Of a DNA stretch of 64,000 nt, positions 23,334 to 35,894 are shown one piece after another. The stretch is from Schizochytrium sp. TIO01 (Eukaryota; Protista; Bigyra: Labyrinthulomycetes): the NCBI GenBank assembly GCA_004764695.1, contig SMSO01000032.1:3938483-4002482 (forward strand). The letters run 5' to 3'. The first letter of the stretch is position 1. Each line of letters starts with the position of its first letter. The position numbers and the translations under genes are program-made. A model generated the notes under the pieces. It worked only from the letters and a program-made list of their open reading frames with translations. It was not told the DNA's origin and ran no database searches.

Positions 23334-24812
23334 TTAAAGGGCTACAAACTCATCATTTTCGAAGAGGTATTCTTGAAACTTCTCGGTTACTTCTACCTCC
23401 ACTTCCGCTGTGCTGAGAATATATCGGCGAAATAAGGAATAACCTTCGCTTCTATCTAAACGTTGGGTCTCCAAGAGCTCAAAGTGAGGCATATGAGAGT
23501 CCGCTGTACCTGGTTTTCCAAAAATTGCACCGATATCATGCGGGCCAGTTTTCATTTTTTGGTTAAGAGCCTCTGACTTAACTCGAATCTGACTTTCTGC
23601 ATCGCAAAGAACCTCCCCGCGGCCACCACGAAGTTGTGCATGCCTGTAAAACTCTGCGAGAAATTCACTTTCTTCATCCTCCTGCTCCAGTTGCAATTGA
23701 CTCTGGTTACCTCCCTTTGTCTGTGGGCGACCTGCTTCCAAAACATGAACGTCAACAGGCTCATTAAGAAAGCTAGACAGGAGGCGCTGAACATTGCCGT
23801 TAGCTGTGAGCAAGACACGTTCGAATGGCCGGAAACGGCCATCGTGAACGTTGACCGATGTACTCGTACCAGCCATCACGTCACCATAGTGGTTAGGTAC
23901 ACTTTTTGGGACATCAGGCAAATCATTGGCCTCCTCTGATTCCCCCGCATCTGATGATGACTCTCCTTCAAGAAGTGCTGGGTTACGCTCGTCGATGTCG
24001 TTGGAATGATCTGCAACGGGCCAAACTTGCTTGGGGAAAGCAGGACTTGGTAGTGCACTAATGTCAAGAACCTCCCGAATTTCACACATAATTCCCTCGC
24101 CAGAAAGAGTATACAGCCGATCAATTTTATCGTCGCCCATCGTCGCCAGGGAGAGAAGCTTGTACGCTGGAAGCATATCAAATTGGCGAAACAGCTGACC
24201 AATGCCTACTCGGCCAGAACTCACTGCATCAATCAGTTCAGGGTTTTCCAAAGTCACTGTACTATCTGCAATTCCAAAGCGAGAGTCATCACACCATAAC
24301 TCAACGCTTCGATCATACACAACCTTTGTGTCTGAAGATTGGTTCTTGTCAACTTCATTCTTAGTGACACGAACTGTAACTCCGCGATTGCACCAACTGC
24401 TCACAATCCGTTGCAAGTTTCCATTTGCAGTGGCTAAAATTCTCTCAAGCGGAGCCAATGTCTTGGCCACCTGAGACGGCAGGAATGGAGACCCACCTCC
24501 ATAGCCAAACGTCTGCGACGTACAATTTCTGCGCAGACCCTTGTATTCCACCAGTCTTTCATTAGTATTCGAAGCTCCATCCAATCCATTTCCAGCTCCC
24601 CCAGTATTAACGTCTAGCTCACTCTCGCCGGTGCTTTGATGTTCATTGCCTTTATTGTCAGATGTCTTGTCAGTATTTGTGAAGCCCTGGCCGGCGCCCA
24701 TCAGGTCACCGAAGTGGTGATGTTGACCTTTTCCATCAGAGAAGCTTGCATCTTCCGCCTTTGGAGCTGCTCGAGATGCAAAGTTATCTTCTCCGCCCCT
24801 GTCACTACTCAT
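23334..24812 (-). CDS. Protein with two chorismate-lyase-like (Rv2949c/UbiC-type fold) domains
   Basis: Internal duplication: LERILATANGNLQRIVS and FERVLLTANGNVQRLLS, each followed by R..(E/Q)L, A(D/E)S, (G/D)IG..F, R.Y.L, E..E; first in-frame ATG at 24812. Confidence 0.65.
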   Translation of the reverse strand: MSSDRGGEDNFASRAAPKAEDASFSDGKGQHHHFGDLMGAGQGFTNTDKTSDNKGNEHQSTGESELDVNTGGAGNGLDGASNTNERLVEYKGLRRNCTSQTFGYGGGSPFLPSQVAKTLAPLERILATANGNLQRIVSSWCNRGVTVRVTKNEVDKNQSSDTKVVYDRSVELWCDDSRFGIADSTVTLENPELIDAVSSGRVGIGQLFRQFDMLPAYKLLSLATMGDDKIDRLYTLSGEGIMCEIREVLDISALPSPAFPKQVWPVADHSNDIDERNPALLEGESSSDAGESEEANDLPDVPKSVPNHYGDVMAGTSTSVNVHDGRFRPFERVLLTANGNVQRLLSSFLNEPVDVHVLEAGRPQTKGGNQSQLQLEQEDEESEFLAEFYRHAQLRGGRGEVLCDAESQIRVKSEALNQKMKTGPHDIGAIFGKPGTADSHMPHFELLETQRLDRSEGYSLFRRYILSTAEVEVEVTEKFQEYLFENDEFVAL

Positions 24813-27220
24813 CGTGGCTTCTCGACGCAATTTCTGAGTTGTCACCGATCCTCTTCGAGGTCTGTCGTCTCTAACTCTGCCATTTCTTTGTGCCGCTAGC
24901 AGCACATCATCTTACCATGGTCCGCTTGAGTTAAACAAAAAGAAGGAAAACCAAGTAGAACCTACTTAAGCCTTTGGCTATGAGTTAACATGCTCACGAC
25001 ACATTAAGCAATCATTTTCCAAATAGTTTCATAGGAGCGTCATCGTGACGACGGCATCTCGACCATGCTCAGCGCATCAGAGAAGATCGCAAAGCCTGTA
25101 TCATAAGCTGATTTACACTTCGAGTGGACGAAACTATCTTTTCATATGCTCTGTAGCGGTACGTTAATGCTTCAAGTTATTTGGGTTGCCTCGGCATCTT
25201 GGACCGGAGTTTGTGGCATGCGAGCTCTTTCTTTCAGTGACGAAGAAAATAATTTTGATTCTAGTTTCGTCTTTTTAGTTAGAATCGAAAATCTGTGGCT
25301 CGCGTGGTTCACTTGGTGATCGTAGCCTGCTATCACCAACTCAGGCCCAACCTCAGGATGTACTACAATGGCTCAACGCTGTCTTCTCGCATTAGTTGCC
25401 CCTCATGCAGCTAGCGTTGAAGGTCGACCACGAATTGCGTTTTTACGGCATGCAGTTTGCTAGTAGTCACCAGAGACCTTTTCCGTGCATGTGTCTCACG
25501 TGTTTCATAGAAAAGACAAACCAGGGATATTAAGAGTTTAAGTAGAACTGACCCGCCTGCAATCCACGTGGACCATGGCCACTATCGTCGTTCATCTTCA
25601 AATTCGTTATAAACAGATGTATATAGAGGAAAATTTCAACACAATCAAGCGTGCTTGAGGTGGTCAGAAGCGAATAAGAAATGCCAAGGTTGCTGTATTA
25701 TTGCGCATCCAGTCGGCAGCAATACGGACCAAGGTCTAGAGGGGTACTCCAAGATAATTACAAAGTATTTATCGCATCCGTTTGGGAGATTGCGCTCTTT
25801 TGCGCGGATTGGAATCGATGAAGCCACACCCAAATCGATTCATGACTACCCAACCTCTATGAAAAGCCCCCAGCAAATAGGTTCATTTGTAAAACGAGAC
25901 AAAATGTCACCACACATGTCTTCTAATGTGCCACGACGCCAAATAATTGGCAGAACTAACCACACAAGATTAAGCTAAGCTTAATGTCACCAGTAGATTT
26001 TTTTTAAATTGTACACGATAACCATTTGGTCTTTTTGTTTCTGTGGTTTTACTGTCGATACTGGCTTTACTATTTGAAAAAGTACACTTCACAGTTAAAA
26101 CCCTAAGGGGAAATGAAAAGTGGCTGGCTGCAGTCTTGCTGGGGTTTTCAACTTCCTAGATTTAGAAGTGCCACATAGATCATAGGCACCTGCTAAATCG
26201 ATTCACACCAATTATAGTCTACTAGGCACGATCTCGTGATGAATCACTTTGTTTAAGTTCTTGCCTTTGATGACTAGGTGCATTTAGAGTGTAGTAAGCT
26301 TTAATAGCATCGCTCGATCGACCTCCTTGATTCTCAAGCTTGCGGGTACGAAGAACTTCGAGACATATTGGGCGGCCACGTACACTGGGTAGTACACGGG
26401 TCAAAAGATCATGCTTGTAGATAGCCTTACGTAAATCTAACTACATAATGGATTGATCATAGTCATACTCTCAGAAAGCAAACAAGCGTAGCGTTTGGAA
26501 CCAAGATTCAAGCAGCGTGCAATCGACGCACTTTCTGGAATCCACTCGCACGATATTGCACACTGGGTAGAACCAAGCCTATTAGGAGCCTGGTTCATCA
26601 TTCTGAGTCGGATAAGTTCTTTTTAATGAACTCTGGCCATATGATTCTTACGTGACAAGGGTGGGTGTGACGTGAGATACTTTGAACGAGCGGATTGGAA
26701 ATTGCAGCAGCTTGAGTCACCCTTCCAGAATGACTCAGAGATTGATTTGATCTGGATAGCTTACTATTTCAATGTCAGTTACAAAGCACATGGCTCTTAG
26801 ATCCATTGCAAGTGTTGTCGTTCTAAAAGGAAGGTTTTCAAGCAATCCCAGATATCGGGCATGTTGTACTACTATTTTTCGCCAAAATTCGTCATCCTTC
26901 AAGTAGGTAGCTAGTTAGCTGCAATTTTCGAGCCAAGACAAAGGGCTATAGATACATGTAGGTAAAATGCTAGTCCTCACCCATCCGAGCGAGGGAGGCA
27001 AGGTGTGCACCTGTGTTGTCTCGGATTATTGAATCAATGGATCATTTGTTGCTGCTTGGTGAACTGTGCAGTGATGAAAGAACCGCAGTAGTTCTTAAAT
27101 AAGGATCCGAATCGCGATCACTTCGCTTAGCATAGACAGCTTTGGCTGTCTGGAAATCCAAAACCATTGGATTTGGCAAGCCTTTGGTGTGGGGGGTTAG
27201 ACCCAAGGGTGCGGAGTGCC

Positions 27221-27829
27221 ATGTGGCAGACGCCGTGTGCCCTGGGGCTCGCTTTTGCACAACTAACTCTTGCTGCGTCTACAATGGTGATACTGTTGGC
27301 AGCAGAAACAAAGGCATGGAACACTGTAGAGGGTGTATTGTCGTTTCTCGCGACAGCTGCAGGCTTGCTCGTGTTTGGGCTCTTGTGTTGGGCTGGCCAT
27401 CGAAGCTCGCGTCCAGGATTTGCTTCACTTTGTGGATTTTTGGCCTGTGAAGTAGTCGCATTGGCAGCCTGCATTGCGCTCGGTGTCCTTTGCATCCTCC
27501 TCCTTTCCATGAAGGACCGTGTTGATACATTATTTGTTTCTGGAGAAGCAAGTTTTGGTGTATGGCGCGTCCGTTCGCAAGCTGCTCTTATTGCGGTGAC
27601 GGTGATCGCATTACTAAATGCTCTCTTTGGAATCTTAGTGAGCCGATTTGGTGTTCAGGTCTTACGCGAGCGCGTGCATGAAGAGATGCTTGCGAAAGCG
27701 ATTGCACGTGGACGCAACCCATCGGTGATTGACTTTGATGATTACTTGTCTGGCTTTCCATACCATGACTCAAATTCAACCGCAGCGACCGAAATGACGA
27801 TGCCTGCTAAGGCGCTTGCCAATGTTTAA
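27221..27829 (+). CDS. Uncharacterised four-helix membrane protein
   Basis: Four hydrophobic segments followed by a polar tail; first ATG at 27221. Confidence 0.65.
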   Translation: MWQTPCALGLAFAQLTLAASTMVILLAAETKAWNTVEGVLSFLATAAGLLVFGLLCWAGHRSSRPGFASLCGFLACEVVALAACIALGVLCILLLSMKDRVDTLFVSGEASFGVWRVRSQAALIAVTVIALLNALFGILVSRFGVQVLRERVHEEMLAKAIARGRNPSVIDFDDYLSGFPYHDSNSTAATEMTMPAKALANV

Positions 27830-28646
27830 AGTAGAAACTTGTAGTATCAAGAATAGGAAGCCTCCACTGGCACTGTACATGCAACTCCCTGCCCAAAGTC
27901 TGAAACTATCTACTCATCGTATTTCGGCTATGAACTCTTGGAGGTTGGAAACGACATTCTATGCTCCTTTCCATGCACTGATATAAGGATGCGTCTTAAA
28001 AAAGTTAGTCAAGGTTCCAACATGCAGACAACTACATGAATGAACAGTTTCTAGACCGTTTATGCCTACGCTTACATCTGCATGGAATGTTATACGCAGA
28101 ACCAAAACGAATCGCAGCGTATTAGAAGAAAACATTCACTTCTGCATGCTCAATGTTCTGTTTCATACCACGGCCTATCCCTCTCCTCAACTCAATATTA
28201 AAACTCAAAGATCCTTTCCAAAAAAAGAACTATTAAAGACCGTTTGATTAATTTAGTTATTTCAGTATGATATATAATTAAATTTGCATCAGATCTAGCG
28301 CTTAGAAAGACACGGAAGGAAAAGGAAGTGGTAGGAGAACCTCTCGCTTTTGTAAAATGCTTGAATGAATTGTAGCATCAAGCTTCCAGCTACTGTTTAA
28401 AGATGGGCGAGTGCTGCGACGCACACGAGTCATATCTTTTTGAGAGTGAGCAAGTTCTAAAATGATAACTATGACACATATAAATTATCGATAGGATCAT
28501 TTCGGACATACAGGAAAGTGAACAAAGACTAGAAAGTAGGGCGGTAGGAAAGGTAACAGGTTTTAAAGGAAAAAGAGAGAAACCATCATGAAGAAGCTAA
28601 AGGAGACAATTATAGTATGGTAGAGGGAATTTTTGGAGTTTGATCC

Positions 28647-28767
28647 TCCATCGTCATCATCATCATCGTTATCATCATCATCCAAAACGTCATCATCATC
28701 GTTACTTGCAGGTGCTAGGACTGGGCGTTGTATTTGCTCGCCACCAATTTACCACAAATAGTTATAG

Positions 28768-28797
<30 letters not shown>
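28647..28797. repeat. Imperfect (CAT)n tract and perfect (TAC)10 microsatellite
   Basis: CAT/CGT units at about 28647-28700; TAC x10 at 28768-28797. Confidence 0.9.
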
Positions 28798-28800
<3 letters not shown>

Positions 28801-29039
28801 ATGTGTGTCACGCCAACCCTCTAAATGTAATTTTCCTGTTTTGATGAAGAGTGATTGTCACCTGCATATTTGTAGAGAATAGAGTGTACATGGTAAAAAA
28901 TGGTCACCTGGAAACACATGGTCGAAGACTTGTCTTCAAAGGAAACACAAGTTTTCAATATTCTTAAAGACCAGGCGGCTGCAACCGACTGCGAACGCAT
29001 GTCTTCATAGACACAAAGATTGCATCATCGTATGGAAAT

Positions 29040-29903
29040 TCACTCGCTCTGAGTGTCCGTCTTCTTTGGCGCCCATCCAATGGTGCGCGCAACAGAAGGA
29101 GTAATACTCAGCGCAACCACCAAGCGGATGGGTTCAGTAAACTTGGTAAGGATCCACGCAAGTGCGAAGTTGCCGGCGCGCGGGTTAATGCGATCCATGT
29201 CCACAAAATTGTTCAGGCCAGTACTCTTGAGCATGGAAATGGCATCTCCAGCACCCACAACGTCAAGTTCGACAAGACCATACAAAAGACCAAGCGTGCC
29301 TACGTAGATACCACCATAAGTGCCAATCGCAACTGGACCATAGTCCCTCATGAGTTGCTTGATCTTGCTCACAGGAACCTTGTCGATGGCAGCCTGGGCC
29401 TCGTCTCGCATATCAGAAGCCTTATCAGAAGCCTTATCCATGGCAACTTGGGCGCTGTCTTTCATGTTTGTTGCCATTTCCTGCGCATTATCACGCACAT
29501 TTGTGGCAAAATCTTGGGCGCGCTCAGACATGGTTTGGTTCGGGTCGGTGCCATCGCCTGTTGTTTGTGAAGCTGATTTAGTATCCTGAGCCTTATCTTC
29601 TTTTGATGGAGATTTAGGCGCAGTAGAAAAGAGTCGAGGCCGAAAAGACCCACCACAAGCTGCTGCGAAAGCCTGCGGAATTGCGATTTCGGGGGTCCAA
29701 AATTGGTTGTTCATGTTGTTATTACTGGTCACGAACATCGAGGACTTTTTAACGCGGTCCACCTCCGTAACCAGTTCAGCCAGCACCGGGCGGGCCCGGT
29801 GTGAGAGGTTGCTCACGCTACGCTTTTGCGACCTCAACGAAGCTGCAGAGATGGTCTTTGCGCTCAGGCCTGCAGCCACGAAGACCTTGCGCGGCGTGCT
29901 CAT
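29040..29903 (-). CDS. FAM210-like (DUF1279) mitochondrial membrane protein with LEA-like repeat insert
   Basis: KQLMRDYGPVAIGTY...AGNFALAWILTKFTEPIRL signature; basic presequence-like N-terminus ending RLFST. Confidence 0.82.
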   Translation of the reverse strand: MSTPRKVFVAAGLSAKTISAASLRSQKRSVSNLSHRARPVLAELVTEVDRVKKSSMFVTSNNNMNNQFWTPEIAIPQAFAAACGGSFRPRLFSTAPKSPSKEDKAQDTKSASQTTGDGTDPNQTMSERAQDFATNVRDNAQEMATNMKDSAQVAMDKASDKASDMRDEAQAAIDKVPVSKIKQLMRDYGPVAIGTYGGIYVGTLGLLYGLVELDVVGAGDAISMLKSTGLNNFVDMDRINPRAGNFALAWILTKFTEPIRLVVALSITPSVARTIGWAPKKTDTQSE

Positions 29904-32240
29904 GGTTCTCGAAATGCTATTGGACGATATTAAAGTTTGCGAGGCCTCTCCAACTCAAAGCTTGGTCTTCCAGCCCACTTCCTCGCTCGAGACGCAGCCA
30001 AGCAATGAGCTCTCGCCAGCTACGGGCTTTCTCAAACCCCAGAATGGTTTATTGCTTGCTCGCGGCGCCAAGTTTGCGCGACGAGGAGGAGGAGGACCTG
30101 CACAAATGGGATTGCTTGATTTATTGCAGTACCTCTTCAGTGAGTAAAACAGGAGTCATGGGCATGAATCTCTGACCACAGCCTATTTCGCCGCCACTAC
30201 AATAACATCCCCTTTATCCGTCCCCTCAGTTGCAACTACTCTACTTTACTCCTTAATGTGCGCTATTTACAAGTCAGACTACAATAATCTTGACTTTGAT
30301 TCACTGCCACTTTAAGGTGAGGCTCTCCAGAAGTTTAGCCGGCACCTGTTGTAAATCCCCGATGCCTCTTACTTCTTCGTTTTTTCGTTTTTTTCTTCTT
30401 TTTTCTTTACTTTTACTGGCCTAGGGGTTTTAGCTAAGCCTTTGATAGCCAGAGGAGGGTTTTCTTCTTTTCTTCTTTTCTTCATTTCTTCTTTCTCCTC
30501 TCCTTAAAAAGGAAGTGCCATGAAGAGCAGTGAAATCCGAGAGGGAAATCCTTTGCTCGACTAAATAATATATGATTTATTCTTTCAGTGCCCAGGTTCT
30601 TTCACGTTAGCGTTGTGATCTTCTGCGAGGAATCTGCGTGCAAGTTCCTCGCCCCATCTGAAGAACCCACCGGGTTCTGAAAACGAATGTCGCAGCGTAT
30701 GGGTCCTAAAACTCTCGTTTCGCATGCATGATGAAGGCTCCACTCGGAGTTTTCTGGCTCCGCGTAATGCTCCTTAAGACCTGGATGCGAATTAGGACTT
30801 AGCTGCAGTAAATGCACTTGACGACATTGTAACTTAATTCTGCGTTACCTCGCACTCTCACGATTGTCATCGACTTCAACTGAAGATCTCGACGCTCACG
30901 TTATTGTTACTGCTGCTGTTGCGAGCACTAAGAAGTGAAGTGTATAGTACGCGAAGTCGTTGATCATAGCTGTTGCCCGGCATAAATGGATATACTCGAG
31001 AAGAATAAACACAAATATCGAGACCCGGATCATAGTGTTGCAACATTCCCAGCAAAGTTTGAAGCTGAAGACGAAGCAAACTAAGAATCTAATAATTAGT
31101 CATCAGACACCCCGAAATGATCCTGTGTCCTACCTGGTTTGTCTAAACTTCTACTTCACCGGTTTCCTTGGGCTGAAGCTATAGGTTTGACTAGCTCGAT
31201 TTCGTGAGTTTGTTTGTCTGGTGCGAGTTATGGAAGCTCACGGCCTTGCACAGCTGCGCTCATTTTACTGCATGTGACGAGTATGCTTGTAATCTTTCTT
31301 TTGACTCCCTATATTTTAATACAAAAAGGAAATCACCCTAAGGACGCTTCTATGAGTCATGGCGAAGAATCAAATCAATCCTTATTTCAGATCCAGTTAA
31401 TGATAAACCTGGGCCCGAAAGACAAATTATGAACGATGTTTAAAAGTGCTATTCTATTTGCAGCTGACGCCTGAGAGTATAAAGCGGTGCATAACGAAAG
31501 AACATTGCGTGGTGAGTTTTTTTCCGAAACTTCAGCATTTCTTCAGTATTTCTATGAACATACCCTTTCGAACAAGTACTATCTACTTTCTGAATTAACC
31601 CTCGCTTTGCTTGAAAAGGCCCGAAGTCAGACAATTAATGCACCTCTTCAATGCAATACTTCAATAGTAATATGCTAGAAATACTTAACTGATTCGAAAA
31701 GAAATACCTACTGTTGGTATAACGGATAGGTGTGTGCCGGAAAATTGCATCTCTGGTTAACCTTGAACACCTACCTAAAATGCATGTGTAGCACAGGCAT
31801 GCCCTGACAAATGTTTTGCACTACTTCTTATGACGAAGCAGATGTCTATAGTAGGGATTGTGTAGCTGTAACTATAAAATCGATATTCTCTAGCTCAGCT
31901 GATTAATTTTCTTACATTGATAAACATTTCTCCTTGTGGTTCTATTTTACATCCATCAAGAAAGCTTTACCCTTTCCCACCCCAATAGGCGTAAAAGTAA
32001 CTTGTCGTAAAGGACAGATAGGTGGGGCGCTACTTTACTAACGTTCTTGCATACTTTATGTGAGTGTGGTCTCTATAAGTGAGGATACCAATTTGTGAGG
32101 CTGACTTACAAAGTGCTTTCCCTTGGACAAAACAAACTGCTTGGCGAGGAAGACTCGCCAAACGAAGTAAGGGAGCTGAGTGGCTGGGTAGGTGGCGGTG
32201 CTGCAAGCCAAACCTGGCGGCGGCACCACACGTTTTTGCT

Positions 32241-34133
32241 ATGACCCGGTTCTCGCTATTCCCTGGAAGGCACCGCAGCGAGCTTGCCCGGGTGAAAAAG
32301 ACACAAGTGCTGCCGAGATCAGCGCTTGTGGGCGATGTCAGCACTCTACAAGGCACTATCGATCTATCAACGCTGGAGAGCGGGGGGCTAGCTTCTGACC
32401 AAGCAAAGACATCGGCAAAAGGGTGGTGCGATTCACCATTCTTCGAGGGAGACTCGGCTGCGTTGCAAGACAAACAGGGCAAAAAACGCGGTTTGTCACC
32501 GCACAGGGCAACTCTGAGACCAAAAGCATGGCCTATCGTGCTTGCATTCGTAGATTATTTTCAAATACTGGGTATTTTGTGGCGTATGCAAAATCGTTGG
32601 GAGATGCCAAGGTTTTGGCTTAAGCTGTCTTGCCCTTTTCTTATATTCAATTTGGACGGGTGGACCTTTTTGAATTATTTCTTTGCGTTTCCGGAGCTGA
32701 GCTTTCCACTGTATTGGATTGCATGGTTAGTCATTACGTGTGCAATCCTATCTATATGGGTGATGATTGCGGTATACTTTTATCCACTAGGAGCAAGACG
32801 TGAGCTGGAATGTCGTGTCCTCGCGCTTGGGGATCTCTGTATTGCCCCTGCGCTTATTATGCTTTGCGATGCTATTCGCGAGGGACGAAGCTATTTAGGC
32901 TTGCCTACCATTCTTGCAGCTATTTTTGCTGTCCATTGGCAATTCAAACATTCATCTTCGCTTATTCTCAGTGAGAATAAAGAAAAACAGGAGCGTTACT
33001 ATCTTCAAAAAGAAGTTGAGTGGCTTTTGCATATTAACCAAGAATGGGCAGTTGACCACTTTCGGGTTGTGACTCTATTCGTGCATGGCGCGCAGCATAT
33101 GCGTGTTTTTTTGGGCATTTGGAAACTTTGTTTGGTCATCTTGTCTGAAACTTTGATAGACTCCCCTTCACACCTTGCAGTATTACTAAGCGTTATTGCT
33201 TGCTGTGTGGGCATACTGACTATAACCCGGCGTATTTATCGTTTGCGATATGCACACCAAGCTTCTTGTACTTTCTCGTGGGTGATCTTCTTAAACTTCT
33301 ATCTTTCGTCCTTAAGTGCCGCGGGGGTACGTTCGTCTCTTGCTGTTGTATCAGTGCAAACTCCTTTGTTAATCGCCCTTAATGCAGGTGGAATCGGCGC
33401 AGCTCTTTTCATTGTTCCGTTCGCAAGCAAATGCACGAGTAAGTTGAGCGGCCAATTGTTTACTCCGAGTGCCAGGATTCTTGCCTGGCAACTTTGTCAG
33501 CATGAGCAAGGCCGAATGTGGATAAGCGAAGTGCACGCAGCTCGCAAGGCACTTTCCAAATTTCGATTCCTGCCCTCCAAATTATATCCAGTCCATGATG
33601 TATACTTACGTTGCCAACGCCTTAAGACTATGTTGGCACGTGCAGAAGATGCAAACTCCGTATTCGCGAACACTATTGCAGAATGTCTGGATGTTATGTA
33701 TGCAGCTATTGCGGTTAATCGGGGGAAGAGTGTTTATCCACATATCCCGCTGGAAAAGGCTATGCCTCATCTTACAAAACATGCAAACCTTGCAGATCAG
33801 GAGTTAGCTTTAATGAACCCCACGAAGCGACGTATTCTCAATAAGCTACGTTCCTTTGCTTTGTGGACTGGGAGGGTGCAAGGTCAAATTGAAATTTCAG
33901 CTGCAAGCGCCGCTATAGAGTGGAGACGTCTCTTCGCTAGTGCAAACACTGCTTTAAGTGTCAAGAACCCTGACCCAGGACTCCTGCAACGGTTGCGGCG
34001 TCAAATTACGCAGCTGGATATTCATGAAGAAGCAGAGAAGCAGAAAGAGATAGTCAAAGCTATCGATAAGATTCTTGTGTCCCAGTTCCTGATCCCCAAA
34101 GCATCAGCTAGATCAAACATTTCAAGTAGTTAG
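32241..34133 (+). CDS. Uncharacterised multi-pass membrane protein with cytosolic helical C-terminus
   Basis: Long ORF; many hydrophobic segments from VDYFQILGILW to AALFIVPF; C-terminal LALMNPTKRRILNKL; first ATG at 32241. Confidence 0.72.
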   Translation: MTRFSLFPGRHRSELARVKKTQVLPRSALVGDVSTLQGTIDLSTLESGGLASDQAKTSAKGWCDSPFFEGDSAALQDKQGKKRGLSPHRATLRPKAWPIVLAFVDYFQILGILWRMQNRWEMPRFWLKLSCPFLIFNLDGWTFLNYFFAFPELSFPLYWIAWLVITCAILSIWVMIAVYFYPLGARRELECRVLALGDLCIAPALIMLCDAIREGRSYLGLPTILAAIFAVHWQFKHSSSLILSENKEKQERYYLQKEVEWLLHINQEWAVDHFRVVTLFVHGAQHMRVFLGIWKLCLVILSETLIDSPSHLAVLLSVIACCVGILTITRRIYRLRYAHQASCTFSWVIFLNFYLSSLSAAGVRSSLAVVSVQTPLLIALNAGGIGAALFIVPFASKCTSKLSGQLFTPSARILAWQLCQHEQGRMWISEVHAARKALSKFRFLPSKLYPVHDVYLRCQRLKTMLARAEDANSVFANTIAECLDVMYAAIAVNRGKSVYPHIPLEKAMPHLTKHANLADQELALMNPTKRRILNKLRSFALWTGRVQGQIEISAASAAIEWRRLFASANTALSVKNPDPGLLQRLRRQITQLDIHEEAEKQKEIVKAIDKILVSQFLIPKASARSNISSS

Positions 34134-34771
34134 GGCGCCTTAGATAGTTACTAATTTCCTTTCCTCTTCGCCCCGTCGCTCGTAATATTCCGAGATTTAA
34201 ATTACGTTAGCACAAGTCGAAAGTACGGTAAAGCACGAAAGCTGTAGGCGGCCGGAAAATTTGTCAAGGAGAAAAGTCAAAGCGTGGATAGCTGACCATC
34301 GTACGCACGCGTGAGTCTCGAGTTTGGGAGCTTGGGCAAACAAGCGTTTTTAATGTAAAGTATTAATACCTGGTAAATTTTGAACATCTTAAAAATGAAA
34401 AAATTGATTGCACATAGTTTGTTCTTACAGGAATGATGGTCAAATCATAACGTATTCTAGAGAGTTTTCATCACGCCTGTCATACGTTAAACGCGTTGAA
34501 CAGTCCAAACCAGGGTTTGGATTTGCTGTTAGTGGGAAGGTATACTTCGTGTGGTGTGGGCTTCTGTGTTTGCATACTGATAATTTCAGCCCATCTATCA
34601 GTCTTGGCAGGGTCTTAGGTCACGACTCATGCAGGTGACTTTTGTGACTTATGAAGGAATGGTAGTTACAACCGACCTAAGGCACATATGCTTTCGCTCA
34701 GGCATCTCACTAAGTCGATGTGTAAATACAATTCCTCCACACCTGTTGTCTCGCCGGTTCATTATCGAACA

Positions 34772-35311
34772 TTATTTGTGGTGCTTCTGGCCCCACACGG
34801 CGCGGCCACTGTCAATACCTGCATCGTCCATGAGGTACACGCGTTGTGCTACCGCACCAAATGTGACGGCGACTGCTCCCAAGATGAATGGTTTTCCCTT
34901 CTGAAAGTTGTTCTGTGCAGCAGCAATTGTGACCAAATTGTGCGCAATGGGTGCTACTGCAATTGGGGCGAGATACACTAGTTTGTCGTATGGGATTCCG
35001 GCTGCGGTTTGCTGCTTGGATTTGTCTTCCTCTTCAGAGTGGGGTTGCGGCGGGTCAAGCTTGGTCAGGGCGGCGTGGGTAACAAACCCGATACCTCCCA
35101 GAGCCAAAGCACCCGCCATCAAGGGCATACCCCAAGGCTTATCCCGCACCATATACGCTGCTCCAAAGAGCACTGCTGGTGCGAGCTCCAGCGACGAGGC
35201 CACAATATCGGCATGGAAAGCTTTGCTGTAGCCATAGATGCCGAGCCCTGCAAGACCAAGTCCTACTGCCGGGCCAACCACTTTGTGCGTAGCACCTGCT
35301 GAGAGCATCAT
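34772..35311 (-). CDS. Small hydrophobic membrane protein, unknown function
   Basis: 179-aa ATG-initiated ORF with Gly/Ala-rich TM-like segments and coding-like codon usage. Confidence 0.7.
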   Translation of the reverse strand: MMLSAGATHKVVGPAVGLGLAGLGIYGYSKAFHADIVASSLELAPAVLFGAAYMVRDKPWGMPLMAGALALGGIGFVTHAALTKLDPPQPHSEEEDKSKQQTAAGIPYDKLVYLAPIAVAPIAHNLVTIAAAQNNFQKGKPFILGAVAVTFGAVAQRVYLMDDAGIDSGRAVWGQKHHK

Positions 35312-35894
35312 TTCTACGCACTATTATTGTCTTCTTCAGCTGCTACCTCACGCCGTGCAATTCTTTTCTGCTACTTCAGTCTGAGTTCTGCTTCGAGTTC
35401 TGCTTCGAACGACTTCTTCTTAGTCGATGCTTCGTTGCTGGTTTGCTTGCTAGTTTGCTCGCTGGTTCGCTTGTCAATCAACCAACTTCAAGTTGGGGAC
35501 TCTTTCCCAAGTTTCGGGTTTGTCCAGCCTCCCTCCCGTAGCTTTCTCAAATCGCTCGCAGGTCATCTTTCGCGAGCCTGGTCTCAGCACCTCCAAGACT
35601 TGGCCGAGATCGAAAACTCCGACGTCCCTCTATATTCCTACAGTGCGCCAATTCCTATTGTCCCTCTCTTTCAGATTTGACTCACACACCTTCAGAGAGA
35701 GGTCTCCCTAATCCAATACGGTGAGAAAGAGCTCTATCACCATAGCACAGTGGACTCCCATCGTAGCAACAGTATCACTAATGCCCACTTAAGGCCATGA
35801 GAAGACGACGACTATCGAGATCGCCAATATTGCCTCTGCTAAAATGCCGAGCAAGCTTGGCGGAATTCGCCTTCTCGCGCGTGCCGCTCCATAC

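Noticed and set aside
26220-26640. Broken minus-strand frame with QSIM*LDLRKAIYKH, faintly actin/Arp-like
   Set aside because: Too short, interrupted by stops, and flanks show no actin similarity
28640-28882. His/Thr-rich 80-aa ORF
   Set aside because: Translation of CAT and TAC microsatellites; TTG start
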